Shown: positions 39,300-51,676, counted from the first letter of the whole stretch. The stretch: DNA of 63,976 nt, filler included, from Octopus bimaculoides (GCF_001194135.2; 5 parts of 5 records of this genome joined end to end with filler, not necessarily neighbours in it), one strand, 5' to 3'. The notes: generated from the sequence alone by a model not told the origin. Numbers and translations are program-made.

Positions 39300-40690
39300 C
39301 TTTTTTTGTACAATGTATGGCCCATAGGTTAAATCTAGTTCTATCTCAAGCGGCTGCAAATATTCATGAATGCGATATGTTTTTTTCCCTGATAAAGACT
39401 TTTTCGTTATTTTTTGTAAGTCGACCAAACGCGTGCATCTATTAGATGCTGAAATCAAAAAGCGTTTTCCAAAAGTGGCGCCAACTCGCTGGAACTTGAA
39501 TCATTCGTTGGTAGAAACAGTTCGTGAATATCAAGAGCAGCTTGCTGATCTATTCTTAAATATCACTGATAATTCAAATAAATGGGACACGGAAAGCTAT
39601 ACCTATGCTCAGAAGTTGTATTCTAATTTACAAAATTGTGAATTCAGTTTTTTGTTAAATGTGTTTGGAGAGTGGAGGCGCAATGGCCCAGTGGTTAGGG
39701 CAGCGGACTCGCGGTCATAGGATCGCGGTTTCGATTCCCAGACCGGGCGTTGTGAGTGTTTATTGAGCGAAAACACATAAAGCTCCACGAGGCTCCGGCA
39801 GGGGATGGTGTCGAACCCTGCTGTACTCTTCCACCACAACTTTCTCGCAATCTTACTTCCTGTTTCTGTTGTGCCTGTAATTCAAAGGGTCAGCCTTGTC
39901 ACACTCTGTGTTACGCTGAATGTCCCCGAGAACTACGTTAAGGGTACACGTGTCTGAGGAGTGCTCAGCCACTTGCACGTTAATTTCACGAGCAGGCTGT
40001 TCCGTTGATCGGATCAATTGGAACCTTCGTCGTCGTAAGCGACGGAGTGCCATCTAAGATCTCTATCTAGTGTTTGGAGATATTTTCATTTACACAAATA
40101 CAGCATATGACATCCTTCAGAAAAAAAAATTGACATATCTTACTGTATTCGTAAAGTAAATGAAATTGTGAAAGTTTTGAACGAAAAAAAGTATGATGCT
40201 TCTAAATTTTGGGCTAACGTTGACATTTATCCTCAAATGAAGAAAAGAGAAAATGCGTTTGAAACAGAAGAAAGATACAGACAGCTGTTCTACAAAATTA
40301 TAGATTTAATTTGCGAGCAAATTGAGATACGATTTCAAAATTTGAATGAATTACATTTTTTAGCGCTTTTCGATCCATTCAGATAAAATAATGACGTCCA
40401 GGAAACATCTCTAACTTGCCTTAAACAGTCTTATGGAGATCATTTCGACAGCCAAAAGTTAAGAAGCAAACTTACTGCCTTGTACAAAGATGCTGAACTA
40501 AAAGGAAAATCCGTTCAAGATTTACTTTACATTCTGCATAATAGTGGACGAAGCATAATAGTTAACAAAGCTTTGTGAATTAATATTAACACTACCAGCA
40601 ACAAGTGCTAAAGTGGAGCGCTCCTTTTCATACCTAACGAGAATTCATAATTATACAAGAAATTCGTAGGAACAAGATGATAGCGCCCCC
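39300..40690 (+). mobile_element. hAT transposase pseudogene interrupted by a SINE
   Basis: VQCMAHRLNLVLSQ (CxxH), VAPTRWN, and the C-terminal dimerisation motif LILTLPATSAKVERSFSYLTRI; stops and frameshifts. Confidence 0.9.
39672..40069 (+). mobile_element. tRNA-derived SINE family A, full length, nested in hAT
   Basis: Same head and body as 2500-2888; perfect 11-bp TSD gtgtttggaga (39661-39671 and 40070-40080). Confidence 0.95.
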
Positions 40691-40799
40691 GACTATATAT
40701 ATATAAATCATGTAAGAACCATTTGCTGGTATGCCACAGCGAAGCATTAGTTCATTCGGACAGTTTTTTTCTCTCTATATTTTTACTATCATCAGCTAC

Positions 40800-40836
40800 T
40801 CTTTCGTAGTAGAGCGTAGGCTCGAAACGTCAAAGA
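40800..40836 (+). ncRNA. Degenerate hammerhead-like motif, same repeat family as 20131
   Basis: TCTTT-CGTAGTA-GAGC(gtag)GCTC-GAAA-C-GTC-AAAGA; stems intact, core mutated; downstream flank aligns with 20168-20250. Confidence 0.4.
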
Positions 40837-41024
40837 CTTCTATTTTTCCCGAATGTTAACCTAATACACCCTGTTTGTTGTTCTTTCACCTCGTCTTTGT
40901 GTTTTTTTTACTTCGGCCCACACACACACGCGCGCGCGCACAGACAGACGATCAGGCACATATACACACACACAAACACAAACACACACACATATATGTA
41001 TATATATGTATATATATATGTATA

Positions 41025-41064
<40 letters not shown>

Positions 41065-41230
41065 TAAACACACACACATGCAAGCATACTCACGTATATA
41101 GATAGCTATATACATGCGTAGAAACACATAAGTGTATATAAATGCATTCTTCTATATGTATGTTGTTTATGTATATACATGTCTGTTTCTGTCTGTCTGT
41201 CTTTCCTCCACTCTTTCGTCTATCTATCAG

Positions 41231-41320
<90 letters not shown>

Positions 41321-41405
41321 NNNNNNNNNNNNNNNNNNNNNNNNNNNNNNNNNNNNNNNNNNNNNNNNNTATATGTATGTATGTATTTATGTATGTATGT
41401 GTGTG

Positions 41406-41467
<62 letters not shown>

Positions 41468-41859
41468 AGGGAATATAATGTCTGTCACGCGGCTCACATA
41501 GCAATCGGACATTCTAATGTGTTACTTCAACGGATCTTCATTAGAGAGCATTCGTAAATATTTACCTAACATCTTTTGTGGCTTAAACACTGATGACTGG
41601 ATGACCGGATGCCCTGTTCAACGTAATTTCACTACATGAGGTTCTGAGTCACGAAACTAATTACTACAGAATTAATTAACATAATAAATAATTCATTGAA
41701 ATTCTCTGTTGGTTTGAACAATGTGCAATCCAGTTCTTGGAACAAATGAATCGCCTATTCATTGAATAACGGTACAAACGGCTGGACATTTCACAAGCAC
41801 ATTTCTTTAACCCAATCTTCAATCAAACGCATAAAGGTGCCATCTCGCCCAACCCCTAG

Positions 41860-42654
41860 TGTTACTGGTTAAGACAGCGAGCTGGAAAAATCTATAGCAC
41901 ACGGGGCTTGGTGCTCGCCCGTCTTTAAGTTCTGAGTTCAAATTCCGCCGAGGTTGACTTTATTTTTCTTCATTTCAGCATCAATGAAATAAGTACCACT
42001 TAAGCAATGGAGTCGATGTAATCGTCTTTTTTTAATCTCCAAATTGCAGGCCTTGTGCCAAAATCTTAAAACAAAATTAGTGTTACTGGTTAAGGTGGCA
42101 AGTTGGCAGAATCGTTAGCACGCCGCACAAAATGCTTAGTGGTATTTTGCCTGTCTTTGGGTTCTGAGTTCAAATTCCGCTGGGGTCGACTTTCCCTTTC
42201 ATCCTTTCGGGGTGTCGATAAAACAAGTACCAGCCGAGCAATGGAGTCGATGTAATCGACTTTCTCCTTCCCCTGAAATTGCGGCCTTGCGCCGAAATTT
42301 GAAATCAGTATTAGGTGTTTAAGGTAGCAAGTTGGCAGAATCGTTAACGCGCTGAATAAAATGCTTAGCGGTCTTTCTTTTGGTTCTTTGCGGTCTGATT
42401 TTAAATTCCGCCGAGGTTGACTTTGCCCTTAATCTTTTCGGGATCGGTATTATAAGTACTAATCAAGTACTGGGTTCGATGTAATTGACTCACGACCCTC
42501 CACTCACTCCCATCAAATGTCATGCTTTTAGTGGAAAGAACATTTGTGTTATTGGCTAAGGCGACAAGTTGGGAGAATCACTAGCGCGCCGGACAAAATG
42601 CTTAGCTGTATTTCTTTCGGTTTAGTAGAAAGGATATAAATGTTACTGGTTAAG
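41860..42654 (+). repeat. Head-to-tail array of family C SINEs (3 full + 1 partial)
   Basis: SINE heads at about 41871, 42092, 42320 and 42558; junction 14-mer TGTTACTGGTTAAG at 41860, 42081 and 42641, with diverged versions near 42308 and 42547. Confidence 0.85.
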
Positions 42655-43414
42655 TACTACTCAAACTCTTGTGGCAATAACTTAATCCTCATACAGAATC
42701 ACCCTGATACAGTGAAGCATCGGGTGGACATTTTACATATTTTACGTCTCTTTTACGCATTTTACGTCTATTTCATTGACGCAGTTTGCGTCAGCTCGCA
42801 GTTATGATAGAACCCAATTGCTAAAAATGCTGCAGAGTAGCATCGAACCCAGGACATCATGATTGTCATCATGATTGCTATACGAGCATCTTAACCGTTC
42901 GTTCATGACAGCAATGATATGCCAGCAGCTACAATAATACCACGATATTACATTGCAGTACAGATGAGCTAACGAGGGAGATATTTGGCTTTCGAGAAAT
43001 AGCCGTCAAATCTCTCTCATACTACTTTCTGCCACTAGTATCTAATGTGGCTTTTTAAAAAGTAGATTATATAATGTTAGACATTCCTAAATAGACAGAA
43101 TGATCTCGGTTAGAAATCTTTTGATAATAGGTTTGCTAGATCAATTCCCAGTCTTTTGTAATTGCAAGTGGATCCGAGGCTGAGGACCTATCAGCTAGCA
43201 TCTTCTTCACGCCAGCCCTGACAAAAGCAATAGACTTCTTTGTTGGTTAGAGGCTCTTTCAGTGGCTAATCTCTCTCCGGATGGTGTCTGTAATGACCTT
43301 CAAATCTTGGTCACGCCCCCTAAACTTTGAGTAAATAACAACAAAAACACAATCAATCTGATATTGTGTGAGATCATTAAAATAAAATCCTGTATCTTTA
43401 AATAATAGAATAAT

Positions 43415-43620
43415 ATTTTGCCAAATAACGTACGCCGGGTAAAATACTCAGCGACATTTAGTCTGTCATTATGTTTTGAATTCACATTCCACGGAGGTCA
43501 ACTTTACCTTTCATCCTTCCGGGGTCGATAAATTAAGTACAAGTTAAGAATTAGAGTTGACATAATCGACTTGCTCCCACCTCGGAACTTGCTGGCCTTG
43601 TTCCAAAATCTGTAACCAAT
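43415..43620 (+). mobile_element. Family C SINE, decayed
   Basis: ggaggtcaactttacctttcatccttccggggtcgataaattaagtac domain. Confidence 0.75.
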
Positions 43621-44667
43621 ATTTTTCCAAATAAAATTTCTCAAAAGTTCGAATTATAAAAAAAAAAAAAATGTTTTCATTTTCTTCAAATTTTGTGACG
43701 AAATCTGATATTGATATCTTTAGAAAAATCTGACACTACAGTAAATAGAACCCCCCCCCCTCATAATTATAAAAACTCTTCTCATGACCTTTATGGGAAA
43801 TGTATATCACATCCAAAGAAACAGTGATTACTTTGTTGGTTACCTCTTTCAGCTCATTCGCTTAACGAGGCTATTGTTCACGAATGCGTATATTCATACA
43901 GACAAGTAAACCGTTCATACATTCATGCATACACACATACATATATACATAGAGAGAGAAAGATAGAAATTTCTAATTGAGTATGCACATATATGTATGT
44001 ATACACACATATATATGTACACACACAATATAAAAAATATATATGTATACATATGCATATATGTAACACATATATAAACACACACGCACACTATATAAAT
44101 ATATATACATTTATACATATACATATATACATACGCACACATATACATGTAAATGCATACCTATATATATATATATATNNNNNNNNNNNNNNNNNNNNNN
44201 NNNNNNNNNNNNNNNNNNNNNNNNNNNNNNNNNNNNNNNNNNNNNNNNNNNNNNNNNNNNNNNNNNNNNNNNNNNNNNNNNNNNNNNNNNNNNNNNNNNN
44301 NNNNNNNNNNNNNNNNNNNNNNNNNNNNNNNNNNNNNNNNNNNNNNNNNNNNNNNNNNNNNNNNNNNNNNNNNNGCACACACATGCATATAGACACATTC
44401 ACATATGCAAACGTACAGATACATATAATGTTAAATGTTCATTAAATTTTTCCTTGAATTTCCCTATAAATTATAAACCACACTAATGATTACCTGCTGA
44501 GTGAAAATGTGCATATGCGTAATAAATTTATCATTATTTGTATTTAACTTTATTTATTTTTTTTTCAAATATGGCATATAAAGTTAGTTTAAAATATTGA
44601 GTAAAACAAAAATATTAACTCGTCACCGAGCAAAGAAGAAAATAATAATAAAGATGATAATAATAAT

Positions 44668-44880
44668 AATCCTTTCTACTAAAGGCACAAGGCCTGAAAT
44701 TTGGAAGGAGGAAACTAGTCGATTATATCGACTCCAGTGCTTCACTGGTACTTACTTTACGACTTCGAAAGGGCAAAAGGCAAAGTCGACCTCAGCGGAA
44801 TTTGAACGTAGCGACGAGCGAAATACTGTCAACTATTTTGTCCAGCGTGCTAACGATTCTGCCAGCTCACCGCCTTAACA
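44668..44880 (-). mobile_element. Family C SINE
   Basis: Reverse complement of aaggcggtgagctggcagaatcgttagcacgc...gaggtcgactttgcc. Confidence 0.85.
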
Positions 44881-44959
44881 CAGCACAACAACAACAACAA
44901 CAATTAATGCCCTGATGTAGTACCAAGAAGCAGCTCTGATGACTTCTGAGCTTAACTAA

Positions 44960-46915
44960 TTGGAAGTGTAGGCAATGAAATTAAGATGAGTAGAAAGCAA
45001 AAACGCTAGAATAAAGGCAATATTTGCAACCTTAAAAGGTTTGACCGATAGAAACTGACTCAAGAAGCAAAAAAAGTGAATGAAATTCTGAAATACACCA
45101 GAACATAAAACACCACGAAAACAAATAATCTAACCAAGTCAGCAAGCATTGTTGATGCAGAAAGCATGGGTGAAGGTGTTAAGAAAAAAACAATAGGAGA
45201 GACTAGAGAAAAGAGCCATAGTGGAAAAGCAGAATATAGGCCAGTTTAGATATGTTTTTGAAGGACATTTCTGGTCTTAGACCGAAAAGTGAAGTGGGAG
45301 GTTAGAAATGGGCAAAAATACAGGTCACTGCAGAGGAAGTATGGCACTGGAATAAAAGGCCCAAACGTACTAACAGAAGAACTCAAGCAATGTCTTATTG
45401 CAAAGAAAGCAAAAATGGCAAAATATGGCCGAAGAATAAAGATATATCTACAAAATAGATTATTCAAAGTAGACCAGAAGAAATTTTACCAAGAAATAAA
45501 CGAAGAGTGTACAGATGAAGTGATCCTATCAGATAGCAACGGAAATCAAACGTTTTGGAGCGACATTTGGGGTAAAGACGAAGAGAACAAGAAAGACACT
45601 GATTGGTCACAAGAACTGAAAAAAAATAACCCAGAAAAACAAAACAACAGTCTACCCACAGCAGGCAAAATTAAACATTGCGGTTAGGGACATGAAGAAA
45701 GTCAGCAAAAAAGATGGGCAAGTGGAAGGTTCCGGGACTAGATGGAGTTCAACGCTACTAGACCAAAAGATTTAGTGAATGTCATGCACGAATAGCTGAA
45801 CAATTCAACACTGTTAAATATAGATGTTTTCGATCTAGTTTGAGTTCTTTGCCATCAAATTTGATGGCAAAGAATTCAAACTAGATCGAAAACATCTATA
45901 CTTACCAAGTGACACCAGAGTGTTTGACAAAAGGCAGGACAGCTTTGTGCATGAAAGACATTGCAAAAGGGAATGCGGTAGACAACTACAAACCGATGAT
46001 CATGCCTATCACTTATGTGAATGTTATTGACTGGAATAATCAACGAATTAATCTACGGACATCTTGAAGTAAATGGAGTTCTATCAGATGAACACAAAGG
46101 TTGCAAGCGTGAATACAGTGGTACCAAGGATCAACTTCTGGTACACAAGTATTACTTAGTGATCGCAAGAGGAGATAAACCAGCTTATGGAGAAGTGGAA
46201 GACAGAACTGACACCATATGAAAGAAACTTAGGGTCAATAGAAATCAAGATGTTTATTTTAAGGGACTGCCTGTCCTCACTAATTTCTATTCCATGCTTG
46301 ATACCATTAAATGATTTTGAGGAATGCTAAGGCTGGGTATGAATTCAAGGATCCACCAGCAAAAGGTTAACCACTCGTTATTCTTGAAAGACCTCAAGCT
46401 TTACGGTAAGGATGGATCGCAGGTCAGTTTCCGCGTTGATACGGTGTATATGTTTAATGCTAATATAAAGGAGTTTGCACTGAAAAAGTGTACTGTGTTA
46501 GTCTTGAGCAATGACAAAATCAACGCTTGTATGGGTTGGTGATGCCACTGGGAGAGGTTATGAAGCAAGTAGAAGAGGCGCGTTATAAGTACTTGGTGAG
46601 ATAATTTAAATGGACGAAGTAATGGAGGTGGAAACGACGGAAACATTGCACAGACTGAGACTTGTCTCCAAGACGAAATTCAGTGGACGGAATAAGATTA
46701 AAGCCATCGACACATGAACGGTCTCATTTCTTAGATATGGAGAACGGGTAATCACGTGGACAATAGAAAAACTAAACAGCGTTTACCAAAAGACTAGAGA
46801 ACTATTGAGCATATGTGGGGCATTTCATCCAAAGGGCGACTCAGACAGAAGAGTATGTACCAAGAACAAGAGGAGGAAAAGGACTAAAGAAGTGCCGCTA
46901 AGCGTTTTATCTGAG
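44960..46915 (+). mobile_element. R4/Dong-type LINE, decayed RT region
   Basis: [81 protein letters not shown] (RT), GAFHPKGD. Confidence 0.9.
45819..45900. repeat. 82-bp palindrome without spacer (one mismatch)
   Basis: tatagatgttttcgatctagtttgagttctttgccatcaaa|tttgatggcaaagaattcaaactagatcgaaaacatctata. Confidence 0.95.
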
Positions 46916-46940
46916 GTGCTAACGAATCAACCTGCTCGCC

Positions 46941-47031
<91 letters not shown>

Positions 47032-47039
47032 TATTATTA

Positions 47040-47172
47040 TTTCGCCCAGGTCAACTTTGCCTTTCATCTCGGGGTCGATGAATTAAGTACCAGTCAAACA
47101 CTGGGGTCGATGTAATTGACTGCTCCCCTCCCCACAAATCTGAGGCCGTGTGCTTCCGGTAGAAAGGGTTTG
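47040..47172 (+). mobile_element. Family C SINE 3' half
   Basis: ccaggtcaactttgcctttcatctcggggtcgatgaattaagtaccagt...gtagaaagg. Confidence 0.8.
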
Positions 47173-48035
47173 TTAGGCGTAGACCGAGGAGGGGCGTTTT
47201 GAACCTCGAGTGCCGTCAAGCACTCACAGCCCTCCGCCAGGTGGGCAATGCGACCGGTGGTAGTTCCACTCTAGCGTTCTATAGAGGGCTAGTGGAGAGA
47301 AAGTGCGACGACGTTCTCGGGGAAACTCTGGGCGTCGATGAAGATCAACTTACTCGTCTGTTTCGGAGAACTTTCGGGCCTGGACCTATGAATAACTTCC
47401 AGAAATCCCTTGTTTGTCAGTGCTACCGAGGGGCACTGACCGTTCGGGATAAACTTTACAGGCACGGAAGTACCGTCAGCTGGGCCTGCCCAAGGTGCGC
47501 GCAGGACAACGAAACCATTCTGCCCTCGTATAATGTCCAAGCATTGCTGACCTGTGGGTTTATGTCGAATACCTGCTGTGGCGTGTAGGATGGGTCCGGC
47601 TATCAGCTGAATCCACAGTGAAGATTGCCCCACTGCCCTTCTTTGGCCGGGAGCGGCAGGCAATTTTTATTTGTCTGGTGGCTGTAGCGAAGAGGTAGTA
47701 TGACGGACTAGTTTGAAAGGGCCAAAGATAGACACTTTCCTCTTTGGCTAAGCTCTCATCAACCTTTTCAAGTTTCACTCGAAAAGGAAGTTGAGGGTGG
47801 AGAGGGAAGTGCTGCCTTGTAGCAAGTTTGTTGGAAGGTGGATGAACGTTGGAAGAAGGGCCAGTGTGAAAGGACCAGTTCTGAGCATACACTTGTGAAA
47901 GATAAAAAGAGAAGGGCTCTTGCTCTGTTTATTAGGCACCCGTGGCTTTTGTGGGTTTTTCAACGAGGACTCTTAAAGCGCCTCTCCTTTTGGGAGTTTT
48001 ACATTGTTTAATTCTCATTGTTATATATTGTTTAC
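47173..48035 (+). mobile_element. L1/Tx1-type LINE 3' end (zinc-binding region after RT, plus 3' UTR)
   Basis: FQKSLVCQCYRGALTVRDKLYRHG..SWACPRCAQDNET, a zf-RVT-like CxxC region; frameshifts downstream. Confidence 0.75.
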
Positions 48036-48782
48036 ANNNNNNNNNNNNNNNNNNNNNNNNNNNNNNNNNNNNNNNNNNNNNNNNNNNNNNNNNNNNNNNN
48101 NNNNNNNNNNNNNNNNNNNNNNNNNNNNNNNNNNNNNNNNNNNNNNNNNNNNNNNNNNNNNNNNNNNNNNNNNNNNNNNNNNNNNNNNNNNNNNNNNNNN
48201 NNNNNNNNNNNNNNNNNNNNNNNNNNNNNNNNNNNNNNNNNNNNNNNNNNNNNNNNNNNNNNNNNNNNNNNNNNNNNNNNNNNNNNNNNNNNNNNNNNNN
48301 NNNNNNNNNNNNNNNNNNNNNNNNNNNNNNNNNNNNNNNNNNNNNNNNNNNNNNNNNNNNNNNNNNNNNNNNNNNNNNNNNNNNNNNNNNNNNNNNNNNN
48401 NNNNNNNNNNNNNNNNNNNNNNNNNNNNNNNNNNNNNNNNNNNNNNNNNNNNNNNNNNNNNNNNNNNNNNNNNNNNNNNNNNNNNNNNNNNNNNNNNNNN
48501 NNNNNNNNNNNNNNNNNNNNNNNNNNNNNNNNNNNNNNNNNNNNNNNNNNNNNNNNNNNNNNNNNNNNNNNNNNNNNNNNNNNNNNNNNNNNNNNNNNNN
48601 NNNNNNNNNNNNNNNNNNNNNNNNNNNNNNNNNNNNNNNNNNNNNNNNNNNNNNNNNNNNNNNNNNNNNNNNNNNNNNNNNNNNNNNNNNNNNNNNNNNN
48701 NNNNNNNNNNNNNNNNNNNNNNNNNNNNNNNNNNNNNNNNNNNNNNNNNNNNNNNNNNNNNNNNNNNNNNNNNNNNNNNNNN

Positions 48783-49121
48783 CCTCAATGGTTGCCATGG
48801 CAACAATTCGTGATTGTGGATACGAACTTGTTCCCCATCCGCCTTATTCGCCAGACTTAGCGCCCACTGACTTTCATCTATTTGCAAAAATGAAAAAAGC
48901 CCCGGCTGGTCGCCATCTTGCCAGTGACAATGACGTCATAGACGCTGTAGGAAGTTTCTTGGAGTCTCAAACAAAAGAGTTCTACGCCAGGATAATGGCG
49001 CTTCAGCACCGCTGGAGAAAGTGTTCAGCCATCGTGGGGGACTATGTTGAAAAATAAATCATCAGAAGTCTTGTACCATGTTTTGTTTTTTTGAGGCTCA
49101 AGACTTTTCATACACCCCTCG
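48783..49121 (+). mobile_element. Mariner 3' end
   Basis: CGYELVPHPPYSPDLAPTDFHLF...WRKC..GDYVEK*; terminal gacttttcatacacccctcg|TA; the 5' part is lost in the N gap. Confidence 0.9.
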
Positions 49122-49181
49122 TATATGTATGCATAAAAGTAACGCATTGAAAAAGGAGTAATTAAAATCTCTACATATATA

Positions 49182-49664
49182 ATTACACGGAAAAATGCAA
49201 GCCTGAAAAGTAATATTCTTAAGATTATAAACCTGGAAAAGTACAGGACAAATTATTACTTCTAGTAAAATAAAGAATAAGAAACTTTTTACTTAAAATA
49301 TTGCAGCAAAGAATGCCAGTTCTTCTAATTTATCACTCTAAAAGTTCTCATCATTTAAATTTATTGTACAAAACTGTTCAGCTAATTTGTAAGGTTGTCT
49401 AATAAGTCACTTTTTTAAGGTAGTAAATTAGCCAAATTATACTTAAATAAGTATAGTGTTATTTGTAAACTATAATAAAATAATTGTTAATATTCAGATT
49501 TTAATTTTAGCTGCAATATTTTAAGTAAAAAGTTTTTTATTCATTACTTTACTTGAAGTAATAGCTTGTCCTATACTTTTACAGGTGCAATAACTTGTCC
49601 TGTACTTTTCTAGGTTTATAATCTTAAGAATATTACTTTTCAAGCTCGCATTTTTTCATGTAAT
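49182..49664. mobile_element. AT-rich MITE/fold-back element with ~125-155-bp imperfect TIRs
   Basis: 49182-49307 is the reverse complement of 49510-49664; the right arm carries an extra ~27-bp tandem unit. Confidence 0.85.
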
Positions 49665-50044
49665 CCATGAAATTTCCAGGCATTGCTATTATAAAATAAT
49701 TTATAATGTTTCAATTAATGATACTGCTAACCTATCATCAAAGACATTCCAGCCTTCAGCAAACCGTCTTTTTAGGGATAATGTAGAACATTACATACAA
49801 TGGGCGTGTGATTTAGGTAGGGGAATACTTTGGCTGCTATTTTTAGCGTGTCGAGCGACCAGGTAGAGGCTCTTTCATTGGTTCGATTGCATGATGAGAT
49901 TTGTTTTACACATATATGTAATATGCATATATATATATCATCGGCAGAAGTTAGAGGGTAAGTCAAAAGCTGAGAGTTTTGTGTATTGGTACTTATCAAA
50001 CACGAATTTGTCCATTGTCAATCTGTAACTTCTGACGAAATAAC

Positions 50045-50485
50045 TTCCAAAATACAAAATTTTATCCGAAACGTTAAGAGTAAACCCTGTTCTACGTGAC
50101 ACATTCTACTAGTATCGGAAGTTTGAAAGTGTTTAGTTAAAAAATTAATTAAGTAATCTGTACGTCTAATTGAATAGATCCGAAATGGATGAATGGCAAA
50201 GTCGACCTAGGCGGAATTTGAACTCAGAACGTAAAGACAGACGAAATAACATTTCTAAAATACGAAGTTTTTTCAAAAGCATTAAGAGTAAACCTTGTTC
50301 TATGTGACATATTCTACCAGTAACGGAAATTTGAAAGTGTTTAGTTTAAAAAAAAAAAAATAATGAAATAATCTGAACACCAAAGTCGACCTCGGCGAAA
50401 TTTGAACTAAAAACGTAAAGACAGACGAAATACAGTTAAGCATTTCACCCGGCGGGTCAACGTTTCTGCCCTCTCCCCGCCTTAG
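50045..50485. repeat. Two ~205-bp composite units (arm related to the Merlin-like element + family C SINE fragment)
   Basis: taagagtaaacc.tgttcta.gtgaca.attctac.agta..ggaa.tttgaaagtgtttagtt repeated at about 50070 and 50280, each followed by caaagtcgacct.ggcg.aatttgaact. Confidence 0.6.
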
Positions 50486-51304
50486 AAAGTAAACATTGAT
50501 TTTAGAAATATATTCTTTATTCTTATAGCTGTAGCGTTACTCCCTTACACTCTTACTAACTGACAGGAAATTTCGTAACATTTTCATAACTCTTTTTCTA
50601 CTAAATTTTGTTCAATGCGACTAGTGGTTCTGAATTCCTCATGCATTTTTCTATCCTTTAAGCCCAAGAAAGGTATACTTTTAACTTAAAATTAAAAAGT
50701 TTATGTTAATTGAAGGTGAATAGGTGCCTTACTGCCTCCCTTGAGGTTGCAGATTTTTGATGTAACTTTTTTTCAACTGAACCAAATCTCAAACTATTTA
50801 TGCCGAAGTGTAGCTGAGGAGGTGTCTTCTTTAAAACTGTTAACAGTCTGCAATTGAGTTGAGAACTGAATTAGTGGTGAAGCTTGGAAGCTGCTGTGAT
50901 TGACGAAATGGTGCACTTAAGAATATATTCAACCATTGCCGTGGCTGAATGATAATGAAATACTTTGGCAGCAAATACTAAAATTGCGTATATTTGTACA
51001 GTTCTATTTACAAATACATAAAGTTTAGCTATTAATTCGATTCTTTTTTAACATACAATACTCATAGGCTGGAAAAATAAAAAAAAATACTTAGCTATAC
51101 TTGGGAGTGTGCACCATGTGTGCAAAGATTGCCAATGCCAATCAGTCCGTGATACTCCCCACTCCCAACATAGAGCCGTGCCTGTTTCCTCCGATATGAG
51201 TACATAAAACAATAAACATATATATGTACAAAACTATTTAATACAAACCACTTTATAAATAGTTTCCTCTTTTGAAAGATATTCGGTTAATTTCTCTCTC
51301 TCTC

Positions 51305-51338
<34 letters not shown>

Positions 51339-51373
51339 TCTCTCTCTCTCTCTCTCTCTCTCTGCATTCATAC

Positions 51374-51424
<51 letters not shown>

Positions 51425-51484
51425 TATGCATATAAACCAACGACACATACTTAATGCAATCAAGGGTCTCAGATTATCTATGTA

Positions 51485-51676
51485 TGAAAATTAAATGAGC
51501 CAGAACTGGTACAATCGTTAGAGCATCGAATAAAATGCCTAGCGATATTTCTTTATGCCTGAGTTCAAATTCCACCAAATCAACTTTGCCTTTCATCAAT
51601 TGGGTGTCGATAAAATAAGTACCAGTTAAGCATTGGGGATCGATGTAATCGATTTATCTCCTCCGTCGAAATTGCC
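51485..51676 (+). mobile_element. Family C SINE variant
   Basis: Deu/Nin-like domain; near-identical inverted copy at 52793-52993. Confidence 0.8.

Noticed and set aside
41860-42654. CRISPR-like repeat/spacer appearance
   Set aside because: Eukaryotic context; the spacers are homologous ~220-bp SINE copies, not unique spacers, and there are no cas genes
50027-50080. CTGACGA...GAAACGTT spaced like a hammerhead
   Set aside because: No stem II closes next to GAAA and stem I is only 3 bp; it overlaps a DNA-element arm, so probably chance
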